Shown here in pieces: positions 1-10,820 of a stretch of 64,000 nt of DNA (the first letter of the stretch is position 1; every line of letters starts with the position of its first letter). The position numbers and the translations under genes were made by a program. Location of the stretch: NCBI RefSeq assembly GCF_006345805.1, contig NC_043000.1, forward strand, positions 44,516,001-44,580,000, read 5' to 3'. This DNA is from Octopus sinensis (lineage: Eukaryota). Below the pieces are notes generated by a model that was not told where the DNA came from, made no database searches, and saw only the letters and a program-made list of their open reading frames with translations.

Positions 1-377
1 TTTTGCAAATGCCACAGCAAAAATTTCCAGGCAACGTGTAGCTTGCAGCAACGAGAAATAAGAAAATATAATGAGGCAAATACGCACCATGCAAGACAGG
101 TCTTTTTGAACTGTTGTTAGGTTAACCAATTTATTCACGGGTAAATCGGTGAAGGTTTTTACTTACAATTTCAGAAGAAAAGTAAGTGAAACACGAAATG
201 AGAAAACCCCCAATCATTACCGTGAAAGCGTAATGGCATCATAACTGTTTGTAAAGATGTTTTCAGTGTCACTATTGTGATAGACAAAGGCGAAGAATAT
301 CAACGAAGTTTTGCAAACATAGAGAAAAAAGAATAAACAACTGATTTGAGAGAGGGAGATATTGAAACTAAAAGTTT

Positions 378-945
378 CTAATGATTCGTGAAAACAGTAT
401 TGTAAACGTTATTCCATCGATCAAGCAATGAATATTTGCATCTCACGTGGTAATTAGGATTACTTTTAATGCGATAACAGCCGTTGCAATCCATACTTAT
501 GTCTTCATTATCTTGCTTATTATAATCACAAACATCATCAGCTACATCATCGTTATCCTTACTATATACATCGTCATCTACATAATCTTCGGCGTCACCG
601 TCATCATAATCATGATATATATTCTTCATTACCATCAACGTCATTCACACCATAAATATCATTAGCAGTATTAAATGGTCTTTTTCGCATTATGATACTT
701 ATAAACACAATAACGTTTCTCTCACTATCAACCTTAAATATCTGACTTTAATATCATAAATATACCCAGCAATTTATTTATTATTAATATCATCGTCACC
801 AGCAACTTCACGCAGTCGTTATTGCTGCTAACTTCGCTGCTATCTTTGTGGTTGTCGCACAATGGCAGTAGCTTCCATTGTCATTACTGCAATCATCATC
901 ATTCTCATCATCCTCATCCTCATCAGCAGCAGCATCATTAAAATT
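378..945. repeat. Cryptic (ATC/CAT)-rich trinucleotide low-complexity tract
   Basis: Runs of atc/catc/gtc triplets; gives rise to the I/D-rich spurious ORFs 378-644 and 447-665. Confidence 0.6.
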
Positions 946-1044
946 ATTTTAATGTCCAGAAGGCAAAGAATTAGCAGAGTTGCTGAACTTCGGTAAAATT
1001 CCTTTACATCTTATCTTCTGCTGCTTTAAATGCTGAGTTTAAAT

Positions 1045-1157
1045 CTGTGAATGGTAAAGTAGACCCTGGTGGCATTTGAACTCTGAACGTAAAGATGGAC
1101 GAAATAGCGCTAAGCACTTGGTTCAAGGCACTAACGTTCCTGCCGCCTTGCCGCCTT
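1045..1157 (-). mobile_element. SINE family A (tRNA-head, Deu/Nin-like core), degraded 5' fragment
   Basis: ggcatttgaactctgaacg...ctaacgttcctgccgccttgccgcctt matches the reverse complement of the cleaner copy at 19842-20059. Confidence 0.7.
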
Positions 1158-1289
1158 AATAACAATAATTATGATACTAACACTAACAACAATAATAATA
1201 TTTCATGTTACTGCAGTAGAGATTTAAGAAAAATATAGCTGAGAATTCTTTCTTATCGTAAATTCTCTCTTTATTCATTGACATTAGTG

Positions 1290-1630
1290 AAGATGGTGGT
1301 GGTGGTGGTGGTTTTGATTGTGGTTGTGGTGGTGGTAATCATGATGATGATGATGATGATGATGATAAGCGGGAAGAAGATAAAAAACATCGAAGGCGGA
1401 GTCTGCAATGCTGGCATCAGGAGCATTTACTGCAGTTCTGATGATAATGCTGATGATGATCCTGGTGTACTGGTGGTGATGGTTGTGGTGGTGGTTGGGA
1501 TGATGACGACGAAGACAACTGTGACGAAGACTATGACGATGATGATGATAATGACGACAAAGTTCATTATGATTGTTGTAACGACAACGATGATGATGAT
1601 GATTGGGACAAACACAACGACGACAACGCA
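1290..1630. repeat. Compound (GGT)n/(GAT)n/(GAC)n microsatellite
   Basis: Direct reading; source of the poly-V/M/H/T ORFs 1278-1738. Confidence 0.9.
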
Positions 1631-2234
1631 GATCCATCCAATTAAATTTCTAAATTTCTCTTCCTTACTAGAATTTAGATGATTAATAAACTTAACAAGA
1701 TAGCTGATAAGACCATAAAATTTAATTGAGATATTCATACCAGTAGAATTTTTAATTGAATTCGAACCGCTTACAGCCGCGGATTATCTTTTGTTTTATA
1801 TTATATTGATATTATTTGGAAATTTGGAGGAACTATTATAACTTTATCCATTAATTTCAACTAGTAAAATATATCTCCGTTCTAGTTTTTGTAGTTGTTT
1901 TTCTTGATTTTATTGTTTATAACTGAATGAATTCTTATTTCGTCGCTACCGTTAATTATTATTATTCAATTTTAATGTAAAACATTAAGATTTTAGATTT
2001 GTTTGCTGTTAAGCGTAGAAAGATTACCTAATTTCACATCTGCTACCTTATCTAAGTAATTCTTTCCATATAATTCCAGAGATAAACATTCTAATTATAA
2101 TGGCTATTTCTAATATCCTAACAAGGTCTTAAGTTCCTGAACTTGATAGATTTGTAAAGTTTTTTTCTGTCTTTAATGTGCAAATATCTAAGAGGAAAAA
2201 TATTCACAATATTCCTAACAAAATTTCAATATTG

Positions 2235-2372
2235 ACACAGGACGAGCAAGTTAAGGTGCGGGAGTATGTCTATTGCATCGACCCCAGTGCTTAGCTGGTA
2301 CCTAATCTATTGACCCTAAAAGGATGAAAGACAACACTGACAACATTAAACCCGGCGCCATTTGAAGTCAGT
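2235..2372 (-). mobile_element. SINE family A, 3' part (split by RTE fragment)
   Basis: catcgaccccagtgcttagctggtacc...aggatgaaag...catttgaagtcag resembles the family A core. Confidence 0.65.
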
Positions 2373-3066
2373 ACGTGAATTCGACATGGTGTTTGCTGCT
2401 AGAAAGCTGCAGAAGAAGTGTCGGGAGCCAAACGTCGACCTCTACTCCACCTACATCGAACTGACCAAGACCTTTGATACCGTTAGTAGAGAAGGTCTCT
2501 GGAGAATCTTGGCGAAGTAAGGATGTCCCAGAAAATTCATCACCATCGTAAGACAACTACACGATGGAATGTTGGCAAGGATACAGGACAACGTAGAGAC
2601 TTCTGATCCATTTCCTGTCTCCAACGGAGTGAAACAAGGATGTGTCCTTGCTGCCACCTTGTTCAGCCTTACGTTCTCAGCCATGCTGACAGATGCTTTC
2701 AGGGACACAGTCATAGGCATCGGCATCAAGTACCGGTTCAATTGTTCAGTCTTCAACCTCGGGAGGCTCAAAGCGAAAACCAAGGTTTAAGTGGACACCG
2801 TCAACGACCTCCTGTTCGCCGATGACTGCGCTCTCAATGCTGCCACTGAGTCCAACATGCAACACAGTGTTGACCTGTTCTCTGGCACCTGCAGCAACTG
2901 TAGCCTTACTATCAATACAAAAAGGACTAAGGTAATGTTTAAGCCAGCTCCAACCAAACCCTACGTTGAACCCAACATCACCATCAACGGGCAGCGACTG
3001 AACGCGGTGGGCAAGTTCACCTGCCTTGGCAGCACACTCTCTAGAAATGTTGTCGTCGATGACAAA
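2373..3066 (+). mobile_element. RTE-clade (BovB-like) LINE, internal reverse-transcriptase fragment, decayed
   Basis: Frames read LTKTFDTVSREGLW, PFPVSNGVKQGCVLAATLF, DLLFADDCAL and KFTCLGSTLS, typical RTE RT motifs; stops and frameshifts present. Confidence 0.9.
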
Positions 3067-3119
3067 TTCGGAAGAAATGGCATGTCAGTGCGGTAACGAA
3101 TCTGCAATCTCGCTGCCTT
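3064..3119 (-). mobile_element. SINE family A, 5' head (continuation of 2235-2372)
   Basis: cggtaacgaatctgcaatctcgctgcctt approximates the family A 5' end gctaacgattctgccagctcgccgcctt. Confidence 0.55.
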
Positions 3120-3549
3120 GCCTTTTCCTCTATTGAAAATGCATGTGAATCAGAAGATGAGCAGCCTCCATGAACACTTTTCATAATTTTTATACTAATA
3201 ATAGGGCGAAAGGAAGATGGTAGTGTTAAACCAATCGACCAGTCAAATGATGCAGTTATACATTTCTTTACCTTCTCTTGAGTATTCCTTCTGGTAAATC
3301 GATACTACGAGTGTGCTACCTTCCATGCGTGATAGCATTCAATTATCTCGCTTGCATAAATGGAACGTTTCTAACTATTTTACACCTGTAAACATATTTG
3401 TGAGATAGTGCCTCACAGAATAATTATCGCGTAGAAACGAACAAAATGCTAGTCTAAGTAACTTAGAGTATTCAATTTCGAATCTCAACAGGCTTGGTTT
3501 TGCCTCCTAATTTTTATACTGTAAATCTACGTGGACATACCAATTTCAA

Positions 3550-3758
3550 ATTTTGGTATATGGGACGCCTTTTCGGAGGAGGGGTTAAGTCGATTCCATT
3601 GACATTACGTTGTCCAGCTAATATTCTATCAACTCCAAAATGATGAAACGTAATGTCGACCTCGGCGAAATTTGAACTGCAAACGTGCGTAAAGACGGAC
3701 GAAATGCTATTAAGCATTTTATCCGAAGTGCTAACGATTTTTGTAGCTCGCCTCCTTA
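3550..3758 (-). mobile_element. SINE family A, degraded
   Basis: ttaagtcgatt...gtcgacctcggcgaaatttgaact...gctaacgatttttgtagctcgcctcctt. Confidence 0.75.
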
Positions 3759-3787
3759 ACCTACGTGTAAGTATCACCACTCTTATA

Positions 3788-4250
3788 GGCACAGGAGTGG
3801 CTGTGAGGTAAGAAGCCTGCTTCCCAACTACATGATTCTGGGTTCAGTCCCACTACGTGGCAGCTTGGGCAAGTGTCTCCTACTATAGCATCAGGCAGAC
3901 CTTGTGAGTGTATTTGGTGGACGAAAGCTGAAAGAAGCCCATCTTCTATTTATATATATATATATGTGTGTGTGTGTGTATGTGTGTGTATGCACATATA
4001 TATATATATATGTGTGTGGGTGTATGTATGTATATATTTGTGAGTGTCTGTGCCTGGCTCCCCACCATCGCTTAACAATCGATGTTGGTGTGCTTACGTC
4101 CCCGTAACTTAGTGGTTCCACAAAAGAGACCGATAGAATAAATACTAGGCTCACAAAGGATAAATTCCTGGGGTCGATTTGCTCGACAAAAGGCGGTGCA
4201 CCAGCATGGCCGTAGTCAAATAACTGAAACAACTAAAAGAGTAAAAGAGT
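3788..4250 (+). mobile_element. SINE family B (tRNA-head, internal TA/TG microsatellite), full length
   Basis: Head ggcacaggagtggctgtgaggtaag...gggttcagtccc (A/B-box-like), internal microsatellite, 3' end ccagcatggccgtagtcaaataactgaaac and (aaaagagt)2 tail; homologous to 27285-27763 and 53025-53512. Confidence 0.85.
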
Positions 4251-4838
4251 ATACGTGTCCTTGTAATTGTTATCAGTTAAATCTTCACCAGGAATGAAAC
4301 TTATCTTTTTAATCGTCAGTAGGACAATCACCTTCTATATAAACAAAAGGCAATCTGGATATTTCAAAAATAAGGTCACCTAAGATATGAACATTTTAAA
4401 AGTACAAATATATCATTATGTTTCCACATAACGTAGTTATTTTCAATGAATATAATCCAACTTTTCACATTAAATTTGCGTTTTGCTTGTGGCTTAACAA
4501 ATGTAATTGTAGTTCAACATATAAAACATACATATCTTTTCAGAATGTGTTTATATAGAAGCACTAAGTAGATGGGACTCTGTGTATGCCAGTAACAAAT
4601 GAGTTTGAAGTAGTTTTCAAAGATTTGTTTTATTAAGATAAAAAAAACCAAGGCTCTACACAGCCTTGTTTTTTTATATTATTACTCAAAAATTCTTATA
4701 TACACACGCTGACATAGAACCAACGTTGAAACCTTTATTCGCAAAATTACCGAATCTGGAAATTAACTATGGTCTGTCTATAGCATTTATTCAGCATTAC
4801 CTGACACGTTTGGGTCCCAATGACACCATTATCTCTCT

Positions 4839-4866
<28 letters not shown>

Positions 4867-4879
<13 letters not shown>

Positions 4880-5125
4880 GTATAGGGAGAGTTTACTGAA
4901 AAAACAAAAGACGAAGACATGTGGTGTACAAAACAAAGAGATGTATTAGTATAACGCTCAGGAATAGAAAAAGTCTTTTACGTTTCGAGCTACGCTCTTC
5001 TATAGAATGGGACACAGAAAAACAGTACAATGACACATGTTCTTATATTGGCCTCCCATTCTTTCTTTTTCTCTTTCTCATCATAATTTCTCTCTTCTCT
5101 TATCTGTCTCATACATATATGCATA

Positions 5126-5195
<70 letters not shown>

Positions 5196-5290
5196 TATGC
5201 ATATATGTATGAGACAGAGATAGAGGAAGAGGGAAATTGAGAGAAGAAAGAATGGGAGGCCTATATAAGAACATGTGTGATTGTACTTTC
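4867..5290. repeat. Penelope pLTR-like module with (TA)n-centred inverted repeat (5025-5286) and degenerate hammerhead motif (about 4976-5007, -)
   Basis: Arms agtacaatgacacatgttcttatattggcctcccattctttc and gaaagaatgggaggcctatataagaacatgtgtgattgtact; minus strand reads ctataga-a-gagc-gta-gctc-gaaac-gta. Confidence 0.55.
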
Positions 5291-5640
5291 CATGTTATTC
5301 ACGTCGAAGTTTTTTTAAGTTATGCATTATTATTTTTTATGAGTCCATTATCTAAAGGCCTGTGGCTCTAAAATCAGCATAGAAAATTGCCTTAGAGATA
5401 ACATGGTTCCACAACCTAGAGTATGCAGTTGTCTTCTCTTATCCAGAGAGAGAAAAATGTAGAGTGTATCGTCCCTAAATGCATGTCAATAGTCGGTAAT
5501 AAGGGAGTCTTGTGATATTTCTTTTTCGCTTAATCGAAATAATTTACAATAGTCATCAGCAGTTTATTCATCTCTTGAATTCAGTTTATCAAGCGTTAAA
5601 TGTATATTGTATTTAGTACATTTCCATCATAATACTTCCA

Positions 5641-6470
5641 GCTAATAAGGGCAACGCTACGGTGCTGATGAACAAGTCTGAATACTCGGAAAAATCGGCA
5701 AGTCTCATAAGTGATGGTAGCTACAGCAAAATAAAGAATGACTCAATTCTGAAAACTGAGAGGACGTTGTCACAGATCCTAATCAAGAACAAGGCTCATT
5801 TCATACCAATGAAGTACAGACAACGGACCCAAAATTGCAGTAAGCTGCCACATATGTACGGTTTCCTGAAGGTTCATAAGGATGGATTTCCATTAAGACA
5901 TATAGTGAGCTGTGGAGGTTCGGCATGTCATTCCCTGAGCCTGTTTCCTTGTGGGTATATTCAGTCCATTAGCCGGTGAGTCAACATTGTATGTGACGAT
6001 TCCGTTCACTTCACAGAATTGATCAAGGATACCCCCATTGGATACAATGAGATGGTGAGTCTAGATGTGATAAGTATGTTTATTAAAGTCTCTACGAATT
6101 AAGCAATATCTGTGATTCAAGACAAACTAGTAACGGATACCTCTCGGAAAGAACGCACTACTCTACCAATAGAAAACCTAATGGAAATGTTGAATTTCTG
6201 CGTAGAAACTACCTGCTTCAAAGTAGATACTGATATATATCGACAGAATGAGTGTTTAGCTATGGGTTTGCCATTATCACCAGTAATAAGCAATATAGAC
6301 ATGTTGAAAAATCAGGTATACCCGATCAGGTATGGAAAAACGGAGACCACACCCCGCTGTGGGATGTAGTTAATATAATCGACAGAAAACACCTCTGGGA
6401 AATACAAAAAGTGAAAGTGGCTGCACATATTCTAGGACACAATAAGCAGACCTAGTGCAGATATGAATGT
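5641..6470 (+). mobile_element. Penelope-like element: RT fragment joined to GIY-YIG C-terminal remnant
   Basis: ANKGNATVLMNKSEY, PHMYGFLKVHKDGFPLRHIVS, LDVISMF, ERTTLPIENLMEMLNFC and LAMGLPLSPVISNI are PLE RT motifs; then IIDRKHLWEIQKVKVAAHI. Confidence 0.8.
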
Positions 6471-7377
6471 AAGATGGGAACTAGTATTAAGAATAAATAA
6501 AATACTAGGTATATAAGCCCTAAAATTCACTCTATTATTGCCCATGATCATGTAGTATTCTGAATAAGAGCGTGGACTTCTAAGCCTCGGATTCTAAGTT
6601 CAATCCCAGGTAGGGACTTGAAAAATTAATATCAACATAAAAATAACATACCTTAGGAATGAGAACAGTGTACTTCATTCGGATACGAAATTCTGCCAGA
6701 AGACGTTGTGATAACAACAAACAAGGTGAGAACACCACTCCGTCCATTGTAAATAATGTTATTTACTCAACAATCCATAACCAGTTATGTCCTAATCTTG
6801 TATTATGGGATTATATTTAAATCTTAGTGCTATTGCTGCTTTATCAGTCATAGTTTATTTAGGATTCATTGTTACTAGTATTTAGGATTTAATCATGTAA
6901 ACAAACTGTTTACAAGTCTGTCTCATTTCTATCACCGTTCATAGTAAATAGATTTAGACCCTTTTAAATACTTACCTCAGACAATGTTTTCTAAATACAA
7001 TTGTAATCACCAATAGCCTGTCCCTGACCATAACGACGCGGTCGATTATCAGGTTTCCCTACTGGCATCAGTACCATTAAGTCCTTGTAGAGGGAGTAAA
7101 CAATGGTTTAAGTTTGAGTACTTAAAATAGAATATCTAGCTCCGTAATAATGCGATGATAACGAAATTCCAAATCTTAACGTTTTCTTTGGCAGTTGCTT
7201 TCTCGCAGCTCTCAAGAAGATACCATAGGTAGCGTTCTCCCGTACTTTCAGTCATTCAGTTATCGGCTGAAATTGTCAAATTATGAACCTACCCAAAAGC
7301 ATATCCGAATTAATTGTAAGCCATTGATAAGTATAAAATAAATGAAGTTATGTAAACCATTATTTCTATGTTCTGTA

Positions 7378-7380
<3 letters not shown>

Positions 7381-7449
<69 letters not shown>

Positions 7450-7561
7450 ATACATACATACATACATATATAGAGAGAGAGAGATAAAGAGATCGATATA
7501 GATAGAGATATAGTTAGATACTAGAAAAATGGATATAGATATGAGTTTATATACAGACACA

Positions 7562-7612
<51 letters not shown>

Positions 7613-7790
7613 TCACGCACACGCACACAAACATACACAAGCACATATGAAACGATTTTAATCGGGCTAATATGCCCGATAGAAAGAGATTGATAAATTG
7701 ATAAACAGCCTGATTGACTGATTGATTGGCTGATAGAAAATATATGTATATCTGTTTGTACGCATTACTTTGTATGTATTGATGTTGTAA
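7381..7790. repeat. (TA)n/(GA)n/(CA)n microsatellite complex
   Basis: Direct reading. Confidence 0.9.
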
Positions 7791-7940
7791 ATTCAAGACT
7801 TACAATCAATATCAATATATTTAATTATGATAAACTTACATTTTGTAATTAAATCTTGCCGCAAGTTTGTAATAATATTCCGTTGTTATCATAACTACTA
7901 GGATTTCATACGTAGATATAATGCTGAAATAAACACTTAC

Positions 7941-8126
7941 TTTTGTGCAAAAATTTTCTAGAGTGAACTGCAGATTGTTTTTGTTGCGTAAGTTCAGAAC
8001 ATTTCCTTCCCGTACAGGCAGACCTCCCATCAAATGTGTTCCATTTTATAAGCATTATTTGTTTTTCATCGCCACAATATTGGCTAACAGAAAAGGTAAG
8101 ATGTGCTTTCATGGGCAATTGATAAT
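7941..8126 (-). CDS. Candidate internal coding exon of an unidentified host gene (186 bp, phase 1-1)
   Basis: Acceptor tctttttaatcttgtgaccaataatacAG, donor A|GTAAGT, length 62 codons, open frame DYQLPMKAHLTFSVSQYCGDEKQIMLIKWNTFDGRSACTGRKCSELTQQKQSAVHSRKFLHK. No homology recognised. Confidence 0.35.
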
Positions 8127-8322
8127 CTGTATTATTGGTCACAAGATTAAAAAGACTCTTATCCCTCGATACTTTATCTTATACGTATTTCAGTCATTAG
8201 ATTGCGGTACAACTATGAAGAATTTTACTCAAACAAATCGACCCATTAATTTTTTAAAGCCTAGCTTTTATTCTATCACAATCTTCGGCTTAATCACTAA
8301 GTTATAGGCACAGAGACTCAAA

Positions 8323-8360
<38 letters not shown>

Positions 8361-8390
8361 CATACATACATGTATACAAATATATATATA

Positions 8391-8783
8391 CTAGCAGTAT
8401 CGCCCGGCGTTGCTCGGGTTGTAAGGGAAATAACTATATAAGCATTTTTAGAGAGTTATAGCCAAAAAATAGCAAAAAAATGCATTAAAAATTGAAAAAA
8501 ATTAAGGTAATTTTCTTTTTAAATCGTTGACACATCGTAGATATTTTTAGAGAGTTACTTCCCTTATATAAAAGCGACAAAATGCATTCAAATGGAAAAA
8601 TATGATGGTAATTTTTTTTTAAATCGTAGACTCATCGTAGACGCGCGCTAATACCCAGAAGGGCTCGATATGAATCACGACTATAAGATACCCGCTTTTG
8701 GTTAAACTGCACGGCAAAATGTGGGAGTAGTTACGAATCTAAATCGAAGGGGACAGACACACAACTTCACTCTTATATAAAGA
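8391..8783 (-). mobile_element. Non-autonomous Helitron (393 bp)
   Basis: Minus strand begins A|TCTTTATATAAG and ends with hairpin cccgagcaacgccggg then CTAG|T; contains an internal tandem duplication of about 95 bp. Confidence 0.8.
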
Positions 8784-8799
8784 TGCTTATTTTTTTTCA

Positions 8800-9097
8800 G
8801 TCATAGAGTTAGATTTATGAAGGTCTTCAGTAGAAAATCCTTCGAATTCTGACTCGCTGCTTGATATAATGAAATTCGTATCCATTTTTTGTCAGAATTA
8901 CAAATTTTGAAAACACAATAGGAACAAATTTCGGAAAAAAATCTCCCATAATTCACGGAATTAAAATTACACTTCGATTTTTGTACAAAACTGTATTTGA
9001 AGTGTTTACGAATACGTGTTTTGACAAATGTACTAAAGAGATTTACTCTGATATTCTCATTTAATAGGTAAATTCGGGCGGTTTGGTAACGAAAGGG
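8800..9097 (-). mobile_element. piggyBac-like 5' terminal fragment
   Basis: Minus strand TAAA|CCCTTTCGTTACC (one mismatch from TTAA|CCC), followed about 210 bp later by ATG (8885) MDTNFIISSSESEFEGFSTED, resembling the acidic N-terminus of piggyBac transposases. Confidence 0.45.
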
Positions 9098-9552
9098 TTT
9101 ATATAAGTGTCGTCTGTTTATACATAAACACTGTTTCATACTTTCAGTTTAGTCTTGCTCAAATCACTCTGTCGCTAATTTACTCTCTTCCAAGAACATT
9201 TTCACTCACTGTTATCTGTTAGCTTCCCATACATTTTACTCATGTATCTATCAGCGTGATAGACAGAAACAAATATTACATTTACTTTCATTTTATTCAT
9301 CGCACACTGTGTGTGTGCGTTTGCGTGTGGTGTAAACCAGACTAAGAAAAGCATTTGACACACACACCAGAATGTGAGTTTTCTGTAAGTTTTGCTTAAT
9401 TGGAGTTTAAATTTTAAAAACTGGACCTGGCATGACGCGATGCATTGTACTCTCAAAAATGCTAGGTAAATTGTAATTGAAGAAATCCTATATTGAAGAT
9501 TTGTATAACTCCCAAAGGGAGGCAGATAAAATCTGCCTCTTATAATAAGAGA
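9098..9552 (-). mobile_element. Helitron 5' segment (second 5' terminus)
   Basis: Minus strand begins A|TCTCTTATTATAAGAGGCAGATTTTATCTGCC; 9163-9290 is homologous to 59885-60004 inside the large Helitron. Confidence 0.6.
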
Positions 9553-9974
9553 TACATGCGTATAAGAAGGAATGACCACTAAGTAGACATCCAGTAAGCT
9601 AGAAATAGGTCACCTCCGATCTAACCACAAAGGAAAAGAATGTTCTCTAGAAAAATTCAGCAAACGCCAGATCATAAGCGGGTAAGACAAATGAAAATAT
9701 ACAAAATAAAGAATTAATCGATGACTAGTTTCGTCGTTAACGATTTTACTTACGTAACAACGTCTCTGGCTCTTCAGTACTACCGTTCTAATTCAATAAT
9801 ATTTGCAGAACTATACACAGGTTGTCCTCATAAAATTAAACATGTGTACAGTTATACCGATTACATTGGGGGTATTTTCAAATGTCTCAGATCTGGCAGA
9901 AGATAATTCGTAGGTGATCTATTTCTAGCATATTGGATGTCCACTTAGTGGTCATCTCTTCTGATACGCATGTA
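9553..9974. repeat. Inverted pair (about 62-bp arms) of pLTR-like segments with degenerate hammerhead stem II
   Basis: 9553-9615 tacatgcgtataagaaggaatgaccactaagtagacatcc...ctagaaataggtcacct versus the reverse complement of 9912-9974. Confidence 0.65.
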
Positions 9975-10061
9975 ATACAATTTTTCTGAATTTTCAGATT
10001 TTTTTATATCCCAGGCCACTGGTTTTAAATTGATGTTAATTATATATATATATATAGATAG

Positions 10062-10215
10062 ATACGACAGCCTTCTTTCAGTTCCCTTTTACCAAATCCA
10101 CTCACAAGGCTTTGGTCGGCCTGGGGCTATAGTAGAAGACACTTTCCCAATGGCTCACACGGTGGTACTTGTACCAGAAGAAGAATGTGGTTTCGAAGTA
10201 AACCTCTAAATACAT
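10062..10215 (-). mobile_element. SINE family B, 5' fragment
   Basis: ccaaatccactcacaaggctttggtcggcc...gctatagtagaagacact. Confidence 0.75.
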
Positions 10216-10776
10216 ACAATAGAACTTCATATACAGTAGAACGTAAATAGTTGTACAGTAACGTATCAACTATCGCTAATTAATTCTAATCACTTAAATA
10301 ACTCTGATGTTCGACGTGGAACCTATAGTTGAGTGTTCAGCTATATTGTAAATTTCTTTTCTTTTCATTCATAGTTCTATTCATACGTGGTTATACATCA
10401 ACTCATGAACAGGCCCAATCGTCGTCGTCAACGTCGTTATCTGCCTCGTTGTTGCCTTTGTTATTTTTATTGTCGTTGTCGTGCTTGATGTTGAACTCGA
10501 GGTCAGCACTTTCGAATGTTCTAGACATGTTCACGCCAATCGACATTGTAACTTACTATTGCAGACATAATATAAATAGAACTGTACTATCTGGTATATT
10601 TCCTTCTTGCTGACGGCACGTTGTGATTTAAGGAATGTTTCTCTTTTATTTATTTTTTTCGCATATAATCGAATAACAATGTAAAGGCATTGTTGTTGGC
10701 TCATAAAATCAACACACACAATATCACTCACACGCACCTATAAACACATACATGTGTGTGTGCGCGTATATATATA

Positions 10777-10820
<44 letters not shown>

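Noticed and set aside
167-340. Possible minus-strand exon (CLFFFLYVCKTSLIFFAFVYHNSDTENIFTNSYDAITLS)
   Set aside because: Several alternative AG and GT sites and frames fit equally well; hydrophobicity follows from the purine-rich plus strand.
378-1738. ORFs 378-665 and 1278-1738 (poly-D/I/V/M/H)
   Set aside because: Translations of trinucleotide microsatellites, open on both strands, with no domain content.
3788-3860. tRNA-like A/B-box sequences at SINE heads
   Set aside because: No complete cloverleaf; they are SINE promoters, not tRNA genes.
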